Of a DNA stretch of 47,768 nucleotides, positions 36,595-46,456 are shown piece by piece. The notes below the pieces were generated by a model that saw only the letters and a program-made list of their open reading frames with translations, searched no databases and was not told where the DNA came from. The first letter of the stretch is position 1, and every line of letters starts with the position of its first letter. The DNA lies in IMG/VR virus record IMGVR_UViG_3300012940_000007, positions 1 through 47,768 of that record. The stretch is one strand, 5' to 3'. The position numbers and the translations under genes are program-made. The DNA is from a virus (lineage: Duplodnaviria; Caudoviricetes).

Positions 36595-37346
36595 TTGCGA
36601 CCTCTTCGTCCGTAATTAGGATACTTAACCCCACCATGTGCTGTCCATTCCTTTCGAGAGAGCCAAGCCTGTTGTCTAACTGCCCGCTGCTCTGCCTTGT
36701 CGTTAGCCATCTGCTTGAGGCTAAAGAAAGCCGCGCTCTTGGCTTCAGCTAGAAGGGCTGAGAATGCTTCTGCAGGAAGGTCGGGAACGAAGTCATCCAA
36801 CATCTTCCATTCAGGCATACGGTATGCAATTACCTGTGTCTTGGTCTTCTGTAAGGCATCATCCACACTCTTGTCGTAAGAATCGCAGACAATGTACTGA
36901 TCATCGAAGGATGTCCAATAGGTAGGGGGTTTATTATCCACTACAATTAATTTGATACCACTAGGGTCTGTAACCACTTGCTTGTTCTGTACATTCTGAG
37001 ACTTTGTAGACACATGCCGGAGGAAATCCTCGGGGTCTTTATACCATAGCTCTTTGTACATAAACACCTCATTTGCTGTCTTGGAGGTGTCATATCCCAC
37101 GTAAGTAACTTCCTTGGTGTTCTCAGGGAGTTTTAAGTGAGTGGGCAGGTCAGGAGTGCCTGAGTGGTGAATCTGTGTCAGCCCCTTCAGATGGCTCCAG
37201 TTACGATTGCTAATGATATCGTAGTAGGAAGTCTTGATGATCTGAGCAATCTGCATTGCCTCATCAGTATCTGTGATAGCATTAACGGGGTCGGTATCCA
37301 TATCGTTTGCAATATCGATTACCATTTCTATTAAAGACATTTTCAT
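36591..37346 (-). CDS. Tail tubular protein A / head-tail adaptor
   Basis: MSLIEMVIDIANDMD..PVNAI N-terminus; position before the nozzle. Confidence 0.75.
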   Translation of the reverse strand: MKMSLIEMVIDIANDMDTDPVNAITDTDEAMQIAQIIKTSYYDIISNRNWSHLKGLTQIHHSGTPDLPTHLKLPENTKEVTYVGYDTSKTANEVFMYKELWYKDPEDFLRHVSTKSQNVQNKQVVTDPSGIKLIVVDNKPPTYWTSFDDQYIVCDSYDKSVDDALQKTKTQVIAYRMPEWKMLDDFVPDLPAEAFSALLAEAKSAAFFSLKQMANDKAEQRAVRQQAWLSRKEWTAHGGVKYPNYGRRGRK

Positions 37347-38038
37347 TATGTGCCCCTTATCATTGTTAACGCTACTGATGCGGATGTTACGACCAAAGTA
37401 GTAGGTGTGAGTCCGATTCTATTAAAACAAGGTCTAACTGCGCTATTAGCCCCCAATTGGAGAAATGCTGTGAGGGTTGCTTGAGCAGAAGTTACACTGT
37501 CCGGGGATACCCCTATGGTCCCACCAACTATGGTTGCCCTAGCTGGATGCATGCTGTCCACATAGTTGATTTGAGGTCCGATAACGTTATCTGTGCTCAC
37601 TGCGGAGAAATTCAGAAATGTGGCAGAAAAATCATATCTATACAGACCTGGGAGAAGGGCTACCAATGTACCGTCGTTAGCACTTACCCCCGTATTTACC
37701 GTCAAAGATTGCCAAGGACAACCTACACCCTCAATAGCCCATATGTTTTCTGCGGAGTCTATCGGGGCATGGGAACCGAAATTGTATTGTACTGAATTAT
37801 TGGAGAATAACATAGACCCATAGGAAAAGTCATTCCTGGTATCGAATGTATCTCCGTTACCAATTACTACTGTATCTCCAACTGATCCGCCAGAGATACC
37901 TAAAGAATTCTTATCTACTGCTTTCCATAATCCGCTACCAGTACCGTTAGCATGGTAGACCGTATTTGAGGGGGCAGTGGATATCCCCTTTGGTTCATGT
38001 ATTTCTGGGTCAGATATCAATCTATGTTGAATCGGCAT
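37346..38038 (-). CDS. Virion structural/fibre protein
   Basis: N-terminal QH..I.D.EIHEPKG motif, beta-rich C-terminus; located in the structural block. Confidence 0.6.
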   Translation of the reverse strand: MPIQHRLISDPEIHEPKGISTAPSNTVYHANGTGSGLWKAVDKNSLGISGGSVGDTVVIGNGDTFDTRNDFSYGSMLFSNNSVQYNFGSHAPIDSAENIWAIEGVGCPWQSLTVNTGVSANDGTLVALLPGLYRYDFSATFLNFSAVSTDNVIGPQINYVDSMHPARATIVGGTIGVSPDSVTSAQATLTAFLQLGANSAVRPCFNRIGLTPTTLVVTSASVALTMIRGT

Positions 38039-38051
38039 GAAGAGTCCTTAT

Positions 38052-38090
38052 AAAGAAAAGAGGGAGGAAGCGATTTAGCCACCTCCCTCT
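38052..38090 (-). terminator. Intrinsic terminator after the capsid genes
   Basis: Minus strand AGAGGGAGG...CCTCCCTCT followed by TTTCTTT. Confidence 0.85.
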
Positions 38091-38123
38091 CAGATCAGGA
38101 CAAGCCTGATTACAACCTAGTTA

Positions 38124-38597
38124 TTATACTGCTGAACCGTCACGCTTCTTCAGGATGTACTCAAGAGTCAGAGTACCACGTCCTGCTGTAGCTGTGCCAG
38201 TGATTGCAACACCCACTTCTTGGTCAGTAGTCAGAGCAGCAGTGGCACCGAATGCCCACTCACCGGCTGTATCACCGACAGCCAGCACCTTAGTACCAAC
38301 AGAGCCAAACAGAGTAGAGATGTCAACACCATTGACTGCTTCGTTACCATCTTCACCTACCAGAACAGCCGTAGCACCAGCCAAAGCTTGCTCCACAGTG
38401 AGAACACCACGAAGGAACTTAGCGCCAGCCGGGATAACATAGGCAGGAATGAAGCCATCGTTGAAAGTATTCTCATTGAAGTATACGCTCAGTTGGTGGA
38501 AGCTATCTGTAGAACGTTCAACACCGATAGAGCTGCCGACTTCGCGTGGACCGTAGTGCGCGTGTACGCCGATACCGCTTGTATTTTCATATGCCAT
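38124..38597 (-). CDS. Probable capsid decoration protein
   Basis: TAAGGAG RBS directly after the capsid gene and before the terminator; beta-rich. Confidence 0.65.
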   Translation of the reverse strand: MAYENTSGIGVHAHYGPREVGSSIGVERSTDSFHQLSVYFNENTFNDGFIPAYVIPAGAKFLRGVLTVEQALAGATAVLVGEDGNEAVNGVDISTLFGSVGTKVLAVGDTAGEWAFGATAALTTDQEVGVAITGTATAGRGTLTLEYILKKRDGSAV

Positions 38598-38609
38598 TGT
38601 GTATTCTCC

Positions 38610-39551
38610 TTAAGATACGTTGGTTGCGGATGTGATAACAACACCCAGAGAGTCTACACGCTGTACACCAAAGCCATAACGGGCATAGGTCATGTATTCG
38701 TCACGGCGCAGGTCTTTGTTGCGCTCGGATTCGATGACAGGGTAATGACGCCATGCAGCCATAATAGGCTTGGTATTGTCAGATGCCAGAGACATGAAGA
38801 TATTAGCAACACCATCAGCAACCGTAGTCGTGCCATCAGAGAAAGAACCATGAGGCAGGCGGTTAGAAGAGATGATATCCCATCCGTAGATGTTCATGAG
38901 CCACTGGTGGTTAGTGTCGAAACCATTTTCCAGGATACGCTGACCGAAAGGAGTAACGTCATGAGACAGACCTACTTTCAGTTGCAGAGTTGTAGCTACA
39001 ACAGGATCAACGATAGCAACACGACCTTGTGCAGGAACGTTAGCTTTATCGAAGGCCAGTTTCATCAGAGCCAGATGTTCCAGAGTCAGAACGTTGTTAG
39101 GCTCAGCAGAGGCGATACGATGAGCAAAACCGTTGATTGTGTTAGCCTGGGCATTTACTTGTGCAGAGTTTGCACGTGCCAGGAAACGAGTTTCAAAGGT
39201 TTCTTTCAGGGCAATAGCAGACTCAGAAGAGCGAGCTGCCATCAGAGCGTCAATGTCGTCACCGTCTTGTTTCAGCTCATCCGTAACATACCATGCGTCA
39301 CCAGTGTGCTCGGTGATGGTCATAGGGATGGTGCCGGTCTCAATTGGAGTGTAGTCGTATGGGACCTCTTCAGCACCGTCCTGAATGGTAACAGTACCGA
39401 TAGACTTGATGTTGAAGGTAGAACCAGATGCGAACTCTGCAACGTCACGATAGAAGACGCCTGGGAGCAATCCGTCATGCAGGTTCTGAAGAATGAAGGA
39501 AGAATATTTTTCTTCCAGAAACACCGGGGTGTTATAGCGATTATTAGCCAT
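38610..39551 (-). CDS. Major capsid protein
   Basis: Follows the scaffold; FDKANVPAQGRVAIVDP and YARYGFGVQR motifs; strong codon bias. Confidence 0.88.
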   Translation of the reverse strand: MANNRYNTPVFLEEKYSSFILQNLHDGLLPGVFYRDVAEFASGSTFNIKSIGTVTIQDGAEEVPYDYTPIETGTIPMTITEHTGDAWYVTDELKQDGDDIDALMAARSSESAIALKETFETRFLARANSAQVNAQANTINGFAHRIASAEPNNVLTLEHLALMKLAFDKANVPAQGRVAIVDPVVATTLQLKVGLSHDVTPFGQRILENGFDTNHQWLMNIYGWDIISSNRLPHGSFSDGTTTVADGVANIFMSLASDNTKPIMAAWRHYPVIESERNKDLRRDEYMTYARYGFGVQRVDSLGVVITSATNVS

Positions 39552-39564
39552 TGTTAGCCTTTAT

Positions 39565-40377
39565 TTATTTGAAGATTTTTTTGAACACTTCCGGCTTCGC
39601 TAAGTCACGAATCGAAAGGCCACGTTCTTGAAGTTCCAATGCCATGTCATGAGCCAGTTTAGCCTGTTCCATGATATCTGAATTAGTAGCTGCTACAGGA
39701 AGGCGCTTATCATTACGGCGGATAGCTGTTTCTGTTTTTGGCTTCATACCTGCTGTGTTCAGGCTGCCTGTGGATGGATTAAATACAGGGGCTTGCTTGC
39801 CACCTGACTCATTCAAACCAAGCATAGTGAATACCGCTTTAGGTTTAGATGCTGCCAAAGCATTCATCTCTTCTGCCGAAAAACCAAGCTCTTGTCCTGT
39901 TGAATAGAACTTCTTCTCTGCCTCAGACCCAAACTTCTCATTAAGGGTTCCAAGAACAGTTTTGATGTTCTGCTCAGATACTTCCTTGCTACGTGCTTCA
40001 TTCATAGCTTTGAACACTTGTTTTTGAATATCCTCTTCGCTGAAAGGTTTAACGCTGGTCTGCTCATCCTTTTTCTGCGTAAGGGCTTCCACTGCTGCCT
40101 TCAATGCATCGATTTCTGCTACTTTCTGCTCAAGCTCTGACAATTTACTATCCTTCTCTTTAGTTTCATTTTTCAGATCAAAGATAGTCTTTTGTGCATG
40201 CACTTGACCTTTTAATGCATCTTCAACTGTGGAGTATTTTTGAGTACCGTCCTCTCTCTTAATTTCCTTCAGGAGGTCTTCCAGAGGATTAGATTGATTC
40301 TGTGTCTCAGTTACTTCTTGTGCAGGGGTCTCCTGCTTTACTTCTTGATTACTGAAGATAGTTGGCTGGTCTGCCAT
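39565..40377 (-). CDS. Capsid scaffolding protein
   Basis: Charged coiled-coil, KYSTVEDALKG motif, directly upstream of the capsid gene. Confidence 0.8.
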   Translation of the reverse strand: MADQPTIFSNQEVKQETPAQEVTETQNQSNPLEDLLKEIKREDGTQKYSTVEDALKGQVHAQKTIFDLKNETKEKDSKLSELEQKVAEIDALKAAVEALTQKKDEQTSVKPFSEEDIQKQVFKAMNEARSKEVSEQNIKTVLGTLNEKFGSEAEKKFYSTGQELGFSAEEMNALAASKPKAVFTMLGLNESGGKQAPVFNPSTGSLNTAGMKPKTETAIRRNDKRLPVAATNSDIMEQAKLAHDMALELQERGLSIRDLAKPEVFKKIFK

Positions 40378-40399
40378 AATCTTATTTCCTATTAACGTT

Positions 40400-40930
40400 A
40401 ATAGCCTCTTGGGAGGCTGGTTGGTGAGGGAGGCGACTTAACGATCTAGGTCTGTGGTGCCACCAGTACGACCGGACTTGTGCATCAAGTGCACATTACC
40501 CTCACAACTGAGTACTCTACTCGGCCAAGTCTATTTACCACCGCATAGTCGCAATGGAGAATACTCATGTGTGAAGGTGCTAGTCTTTCCTAGCTGCCAA
40601 CCTACAACATATCTCACATCAATATAAGCATGAGGGGAGTAGGATTTCCGATTCTCTCTGTTACCCAGGATAACCTCCTGACTGCCTAACCTTTCAGCAC
40701 CGACAGCAGCTCTACAGTATTTCAGAATCTCTCTGTAGACTTTTATTAGGCCGCACCACATCCTAATGAGTATTGACGCATATATCAATACGGTCCGTAG
40801 CAACAATAATACTATGCGATAAGTGTTGCATATGGTCTTACCAGACTCCCTCACCTTTACAATCCAGTTTGCCTGAAGATCACCTTATTGCAGGTGGGTT
40901 AGTTGACTTCCAAGGGCTTATATCAACCTA
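40400..40930. ncRNA. Candidate large structured ncRNA (strand unresolved; context favours minus)
   Basis: 10-bp closing helix 40423-32/40846-55, many local hairpins, and three perfect 8-9-nt long-range complementarities. Confidence 0.6.
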
Positions 40931-40941
40931 TTAGTATTCTA

Positions 40942-41169
40942 TTATTTAGGTACAGTATAGAAAGTAGACCCTGTATCTGCTACAGACAATGCTTCAGCTA
41001 CAATTTCTGCCTGTTTTAAATTATCAAATTCTCCTATTACAGATGATCCTTGTTCAGAGTTTTCATTTGTACCTACTTTATGCTTAGATGTAAAATGGGT
41101 AACTACATACCTAGTGACCTTTCTTACACCGTACTCATTGACCACTGCATATCCATTAATAATTTTCAT
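40942..41169 (-). CDS. Hypothetical protein (75 aa)
   Basis: AGGAG RBS; AT-rich; sits between two non-coding blocks. Confidence 0.7.
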   Translation of the reverse strand: MKIINGYAVVNEYGVRKVTRYVVTHFTSKHKVGTNENSEQGSSVIGEFDNLKQAEIVAEALSVADTGSTFYTVPK

Positions 41170-41635
41170 AATTACTCTCCTGACTCCTCAGAGTCGTTAG
41201 GTTAAAATTTCTCACTTTAGGTAGAGAATCTCCTGAATTAAGGAGAGTTTAGAGACATCTCAGGTCTGCCAGATAAACAGCTCTGGACTTAAATGTTATT
41301 CTTATTATCTATTTATTATAATTATTCTAGTATTATATATAGAGATATATAAAGATATAATATAATCTCAGGAGGGTTGTTCTGGATAGACCTCTCCTAG
41401 TCCCTAGATAATGATCTAGGAGAGCTCTTTACCAGAATACCTCCTTAACCTCAGGATGGGCGTTCATGGACTATATCAGTCTTAACGAAGATAGGGTTCT
41501 GATATTCGACCAACCCCTTAGCTATTTAATCTTCTATGTCCCATAGTAGCATCTTATCTATAACCCCTACCGTCATGTTCTTCCGCAAAGTTGAACTCCC
41601 GACAAGTTATAGAGCAAGGAATTTTAGTTCCTACC

Positions 41636-41666
41636 TATATAGCCATCGGGGAAGGGATACTTTGCA
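41636..41666 (-). promoter_or_regulatory. Candidate phage-sigma late promoter TGCAAA-N15-TGGCTATATA
   Basis: Twin of 2386-2416; upstream of the scaffold/capsid block. Confidence 0.7.
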
Positions 41667-41691
41667 GATTTTTTACAAACATTTACAAACT

Positions 41692-41943
41692 TTATTCTTT
41701 ACTGTCTTTCAGGAAGGTGATAATCTCTTTGATGGCTCTGCGATATCCTGAGCTATCTGCTTGATTATAAGCCCAATTTGGAGAATCATACCCTGCCTTG
41801 GACAGGCTCTTCTCATACTCCTTGTAGGAATAGTTATTGAGAGCAGATGAGAGAAGCTGCCTGAATTTGGAGCAGGAGGAATACACTTCCTTTAGGTCTG
41901 CTTTTTCCTGATCAGATAGGTTCTTATCGTAAAAAGAATTCAT
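41692..41943 (-). CDS. Small protein downstream of portal (83 aa)
   Basis: GAGGT RBS before ATG 41943; YDSPNWAYNQADSSGYRRA. Confidence 0.75.
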   Translation of the reverse strand: MNSFYDKNLSDQEKADLKEVYSSCSKFRQLLSSALNNYSYKEYEKSLSKAGYDSPNWAYNQADSSGYRRAIKEIITFLKDSKE

Positions 41944-42032
41944 GAATACCTCTAGGAGGCTAATACAGCCCCTTGGTTGAGTTTTAGAGGGGTAGGTAAT
42001 ACCCAAGGTACCCTAACCCCTCCTAATCGATT

Positions 42033-43811
42033 CTAGACCCTCTGAGGAGCTCCTGTAGGATCGGATGCTGCTGATCCCACTGCTGTCTCCATCATAAGGT
42101 CTTCCTGAGCCTGTCCTGCCAATGCCTGAGTCTCTTGCTGCTCAAAGATGGCTACGTTAGGACGGAACAGGGAGAACCTGCCAAGACCCAAGTAGTCTTC
42201 AACCACCTTAGCCAAGTTTTTAGAACTAATGTGGGGAGAGAGCATCTGACCCATTGGTCCGTTAAGCACTCCTGACAGATTCTGCATAAGCTGAGCCTGT
42301 GCAGCAAAGTGACGGGCACCAATAGGACGGATAACTCCTGAGCCTGTAATGTCCTCACGGCTAATCTCAATGAAGTGGGTGGCTCCAAGGTCATCATCCA
42401 AGGTACGGACGATATCCTCAGTCTGGAAGTTCCTACGAGCGCATTCAAGCATACCGTTCAGGAGGGGCTCCATAAGCTCAGTCTCGAAGGATGTAATCTT
42501 CTCTTGGAAAATACGTCCTGCTGCATTCTGTAGCTGCTGCACCTCAAAGGCTGTCTTCTCACCTGCTGTACGAATACCCATAGCTTCTCGGGGAGCACCT
42601 GCGTACATCTCCATGCGCTGCTCAAGAGCCATAATATCGTTGTTAGCAGCCATCACCCATTGAGCATTACGGCCTAGCTCTGTAACTGTACCGCCCTCAT
42701 CTACGTGAATCTCTGATCCAGGCATCCAGTCAAACTTCTCCACATTCCCTGCAATAACCAGGGGAGGGAAGATGGCTAGGTCAGTAGCATCAGCCTTGGC
42801 ATTCTCTAGGTGGTCAATACGATATTGCATTCCCACCAGATTGTCAAGAGGACCCATAGCCCATAGGTTATCAGGACGAACCCTCCACCCTACGTGGTAG
42901 ATAGGAGAGCGGCCAAACCAACTTGGGAATGGAATATTTCGTACCACCCACATGCGATCAATCACTGTAACGATGTGACCCCGCTCTACGGTGTCCTCGC
43001 CCATGTCATGGATGTCCCCATAGAACTCAAGAATTTCCACATACCCCGATTGGAGGTATTCTTCGTAGGAGCCAAAACCATCCATAGCGAATGCTTCCTG
43101 ACGCTCACCGAAGTCAAGTCCGGGGCTGTTGACATGACCAATCATGTCCTGACGCTTCTCAAGAGCACTCTTCAGCTCCGCATAGTCAGGCATGGTGTCT
43201 GCCATTGTAATGAGCTCTCCCACGCTCTTATAGCTACGGATAATCTTGTAGCTTTCCTCAAAGGAAGTGGCGGTAGGGTTAAACACAATATCCAGAGGAC
43301 TGATACGTACGGCTTTAGGGCCAATGTACCCTGGTACGCGCTGGTCATTCGCATCTGTCCGGTAGTTTAATACAAACTCTGGCATGGCGAAGGCATTACC
43401 GTAGTCGATGTAGTCTAGCAGCAACTGGCTCATTTTGAGTCTAAAACCGCCCTCACGGCATTTGTTTGACATGTAGGCTGTAATGACATCCTTCTTCTGC
43501 TTAGAGGCGTCTGCTTGGCTGTATGCCTCCCAACGGAGCCAGTCATCGTTAGGGAACAGTGCGCTCAAGTAGTTTGAGTGCAAGTTGTCACGAATCTGAC
43601 ACAGTTTTGGAAGGGTGGTGCTGTTCCTCCAAGGGAGGGTGCTGTTAGTAGTGCTCGATGTGTCTGTAGCAAAGATGTAGTTCCTCACCTCAGTCCACTC
43701 ATTAATCTTGGGGAGCATCTGTGAACGATGGTCGCACCATTTCCATGCAATCTTACGTGCAAGGTCATCTTGGTTGAAGTAGCTAGAAATTTCTAAGGGC
43801 TTGTCCGCCAT
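42033..43811 (-). CDS. Portal protein
   Basis: 592 aa after the terminase; DYGNAF, RISPLDIVF, EKTAFEVQQL. Confidence 0.88.
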   Translation of the reverse strand: MADKPLEISSYFNQDDLARKIAWKWCDHRSQMLPKINEWTEVRNYIFATDTSSTTNSTLPWRNSTTLPKLCQIRDNLHSNYLSALFPNDDWLRWEAYSQADASKQKKDVITAYMSNKCREGGFRLKMSQLLLDYIDYGNAFAMPEFVLNYRTDANDQRVPGYIGPKAVRISPLDIVFNPTATSFEESYKIIRSYKSVGELITMADTMPDYAELKSALEKRQDMIGHVNSPGLDFGERQEAFAMDGFGSYEEYLQSGYVEILEFYGDIHDMGEDTVERGHIVTVIDRMWVVRNIPFPSWFGRSPIYHVGWRVRPDNLWAMGPLDNLVGMQYRIDHLENAKADATDLAIFPPLVIAGNVEKFDWMPGSEIHVDEGGTVTELGRNAQWVMAANNDIMALEQRMEMYAGAPREAMGIRTAGEKTAFEVQQLQNAAGRIFQEKITSFETELMEPLLNGMLECARRNFQTEDIVRTLDDDLGATHFIEISREDITGSGVIRPIGARHFAAQAQLMQNLSGVLNGPMGQMLSPHISSKNLAKVVEDYLGLGRFSLFRPNVAIFEQQETQALAGQAQEDLMMETAVGSAASDPTGAPQRV

Positions 43812-43820
43812 GTCTTATCC

Positions 43821-45425
43821 TTATCTGAAAGCAAGTCCGCCGAAGCGGGAATGGAACATTCTGGCTGTATCCCTTGCACTGTTTGATCTTCCTTCTGCCT
43901 TTGGCTTCACTGCAATCTCTACAGCCGAAGCTAGGGCATCCTTTGTATCGTCATGAGGAGGGCGAGCCAATACAAGCTCTTCTTCCAATACGTCAATAAA
44001 ACCACCCTTGAAATGCCACATCTGAAGATTGTCGTAGCGATGCTCTAAGGCTGCTGCTATACGCTCTTCCTTCGAGCCCTCCTTTCGGGATGGCCTGAAC
44101 TCGTCTATGGATAGCACCATACCTTCTTCTTTGATTTTATCTTTCAAGTCCCGTACAATGATGCTCTGTGCGGCTGTGGTCTCTGCCCTTAGCTTCCTGA
44201 ACTCCCATTTAGAATGGAGTTGGATGATGTGCTTGAAGTATTCTGAAATCTTATCTGTCTTAAATCGGTCGATATCCAACACGTAGATGTTGGCGTCTGA
44301 ATCAATCCCGATCACACACACTACAGACCAATCGGCTGCTTTGGTAAGGGCGTAAGCGAAGTCAATCGCTGCATAGACGTTTAATCTGTTCCCTTTGTAG
44401 TACCAGTTCCCGCTGTTCTGCTCTAGGTGCCTACGGTCGTAGTATTGGAACTTATCTCGATCAATCCGGTTAGAGGCGGAATCATTTGGATCATTGTAGT
44501 ACTGAGCGAAGTATTGCACCCTATCTGCATACTCCCCACGGATACGGGCTAGGACTCGATTATCAAACCCAAATGCCTTTCCGTCAGAGGGACGTACAAC
44601 ACGAGGCCAGAGGAACTGCCCATCAGTCTCCACTGCATGCTCCCTCACCTCCCATACGGGAAGTTCTCCGCTTACAAATCCTTCGTCATCGAATGTCTCA
44701 TATGTCTGACTTTTCCAGGTAGCATAGATATCGTTCGGGTGGTATCTAGTGCCACATGCTAGGGTGAACCCCCCTGCATTCCGAATAGAAGTGAATTGAG
44801 ATGCCTTCTTGAGGACGCTCTCCCTACCATCCTGTGTGTAGGCATTCTCAGGAACCACCAAGTCATCCGCTACAATAACGTCAGCGTGCCACCCTGTTGT
44901 ATTGGTGGTAAGACCTGCTGTGGACACTGTAGCGTCCCGTATGGCTTCTTTCTTGCGCTTTACGTGGTCAATGGTGATCCGGCTATTAGTCCACTTCTCT
45001 CTCTTACCATCCGCTGGATTGACATACTCCGGGAAATACCGAGTGTATATGGTGGAGGTGAGGATGTTCTGAATAGCATACAACTGAGTCTCTGCCAAGT
45101 CTGCCGTAGCAGACACGTACAAGATCGTAATTTCAGGGTGTCGGGTGATGATCCATGCTGTCCATGTAGCTACAATGTGGCTCTTCAAGTGAGCACGAGG
45201 GAGCATGATGAGCTTATTGCTTGTCAGGTCTTCAGCACTGCCGTATAGGGAATAATGTTGGAGCCATCGGAAACAGTCTCTATGGACATCCCCGTACATG
45301 TATCCGGGATTGACCAGAGAGGCGAAGAATACCAGATCATCCATAGCCGTCTGGCGAATCGTCTTTGCCTCCTCCGGCATGGTGTCAATCTTCTTTTCTG
45401 CGTCTACTAGCCACTTTTCCTTCAT
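43821..45425 (-). CDS. terL: Terminase large subunit
   Basis: Walker A PRAHLKS, Walker B IVADD, GTRY motif, nuclease AIDFA...DWS and HDDTKDA. Confidence 0.93.
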   Translation of the reverse strand: MKEKWLVDAEKKIDTMPEEAKTIRQTAMDDLVFFASLVNPGYMYGDVHRDCFRWLQHYSLYGSAEDLTSNKLIMLPRAHLKSHIVATWTAWIITRHPEITILYVSATADLAETQLYAIQNILTSTIYTRYFPEYVNPADGKREKWTNSRITIDHVKRKKEAIRDATVSTAGLTTNTTGWHADVIVADDLVVPENAYTQDGRESVLKKASQFTSIRNAGGFTLACGTRYHPNDIYATWKSQTYETFDDEGFVSGELPVWEVREHAVETDGQFLWPRVVRPSDGKAFGFDNRVLARIRGEYADRVQYFAQYYNDPNDSASNRIDRDKFQYYDRRHLEQNSGNWYYKGNRLNVYAAIDFAYALTKAADWSVVCVIGIDSDANIYVLDIDRFKTDKISEYFKHIIQLHSKWEFRKLRAETTAAQSIIVRDLKDKIKEEGMVLSIDEFRPSRKEGSKEERIAAALEHRYDNLQMWHFKGGFIDVLEEELVLARPPHDDTKDALASAVEIAVKPKAEGRSNSARDTARMFHSRFGGLAFR

Positions 45426-45433
45426 ACCTGCCT

Positions 45434-45979
45434 CTATTTAATCCCTAATCGGGCTGCATCACTGCCGTATTCATCCTGAATATCTGCTCTACGCTTCAAT
45501 TCACCCTCTACGTCTGTCTTAGAGGGCCTTCCTGCCCGTTTTGGCATCCACCCTTGGTCTACTAGCCACTTGGAGGCTTGGAAGCTACCTTCCTTCGCTA
45601 GTTTACGCATCTCAGCCACTGTACGGGCTGTCAGCTTCAGCTCTAGCTCTTCTCTCCAGCTCTCCACCTGCTCAGTGAAAATCTTATTGGCTACCACTCT
45701 CTGCCAGTGATCCCAGCCTAGGAAGTACTTATTGGCGAACTCGTACTCCGTAACATCTTCCATCTCCAGGTATAGCCGCTTGATGGAGGGGAATAACACT
45801 CCCTCGAAAATGTGGTCTATGTCCTTGGTAGTGTACAGAGCATATTCGGGTTCATACTTAGGCTCCAAGAACAGAAGCTGAGTCATGGGGAGGTTGGTAC
45901 CCTTGAAGAACTGCTCCCGAAGGGGGACTGGTTTTCCATGCTCATCTTTCCCTAGGAGGCTGATTGGTATATCGCTCAT
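45434..45979 (-). CDS. Probable terminase small subunit
   Basis: Immediately upstream of terL; helical with a KRAGRPSK motif. Confidence 0.65.
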   Translation of the reverse strand: MSDIPISLLGKDEHGKPVPLREQFFKGTNLPMTQLLFLEPKYEPEYALYTTKDIDHIFEGVLFPSIKRLYLEMEDVTEYEFANKYFLGWDHWQRVVANKIFTEQVESWREELELKLTARTVAEMRKLAKEGSFQASKWLVDQGWMPKRAGRPSKTDVEGELKRRADIQDEYGSDAARLGIK

Positions 45980-46455
45980 TTCTTACCTTTTAGTTCTTCT
46001 AGTTTCTTACGGGCATTCTCATACAATTCGTAGTAGTAGTCCCGCTCCTTCTTCATTCGCTCAGCTTCTCCAGCGAGCCACGCAAGAAAGACTCCATCGT
46101 CCTGATAAAGTCCGGCCCCGGTGCAGGTTCCGTCACTTGGGGCAGACTTGGTATCTCCTCCGCGACTTTTACGTGTGGGACGCTGCCGCAGGCTGTCAAC
46201 AAGAGAAGACAGACGGGCATTATCTTTTTCAGCTTTTTCATTCTTTTTCCTTTCCGCATCTATCTTCTTGTTCAGAAGCTCTCTTTCAGCCTCCAAAGCA
46301 GCCTTAACCTTGTTCTGGTACTGAATCTCGTACTGAGTAGTCAGCTTCTCCGTCACCTCTACCGTAGTCTTGCGTACTATGTAGGGCTTGTAGACGGTTG
46401 GGCCCAGAAGAAGCAAAGCCAAGATGATGCAACAAAATACGAGTCTTTCCGTCAT
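45976..46455 (-). CDS. Rz: Inner-membrane spanin
   Basis: N-terminal TM helix, coiled coil, follows the endolysin and contains an embedded lipoprotein ORF. Confidence 0.8.
   Translation of the reverse strand: MTERLVFCCIILALLLLGPTVYKPYIVRKTTVEVTEKLTTQYEIQYQNKVKAALEAERELLNKKIDAERKKNEKAEKDNARLSSLVDSLRQRPTRKSRGGDTKSAPSDGTCTGAGLYQDDGVFLAWLAGEAERMKKERDYYYELYENARKKLEELKGKK
46053..46241 (-). CDS. Rz1: Outer-membrane spanin lipoprotein, embedded in Rz
   Basis: MKKLKKIMPVCLLLLTA|CGS lipobox and Pro-rich mature part, in an alternative frame. Confidence 0.8.
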   Translation of the reverse strand: MKKLKKIMPVCLLLLTACGSVPHVKVAEEIPSLPQVTEPAPGPDFIRTMESFLRGSLEKLSE

Positions 46456-46456
46456 A

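Noticed and set aside
38220-39557. 445-aa plus-strand ORF opposite the capsid genes
   Set aside because: It mirrors strongly biased sense codons, has no RBS and shows no recognisable motifs.
40531-40854. 107-aa minus-strand ORF
   Set aside because: Weak start context and atypical composition; the region is better explained by RNA structure, though coding is not strictly excluded.
40400-40930. Group I/II intron, tmRNA or RNase P identity
   Set aside because: No interrupted gene, no domain V, GACTA/TAGTC not in group I order, no canonical T-loop, no GAGGAAAGTCC.
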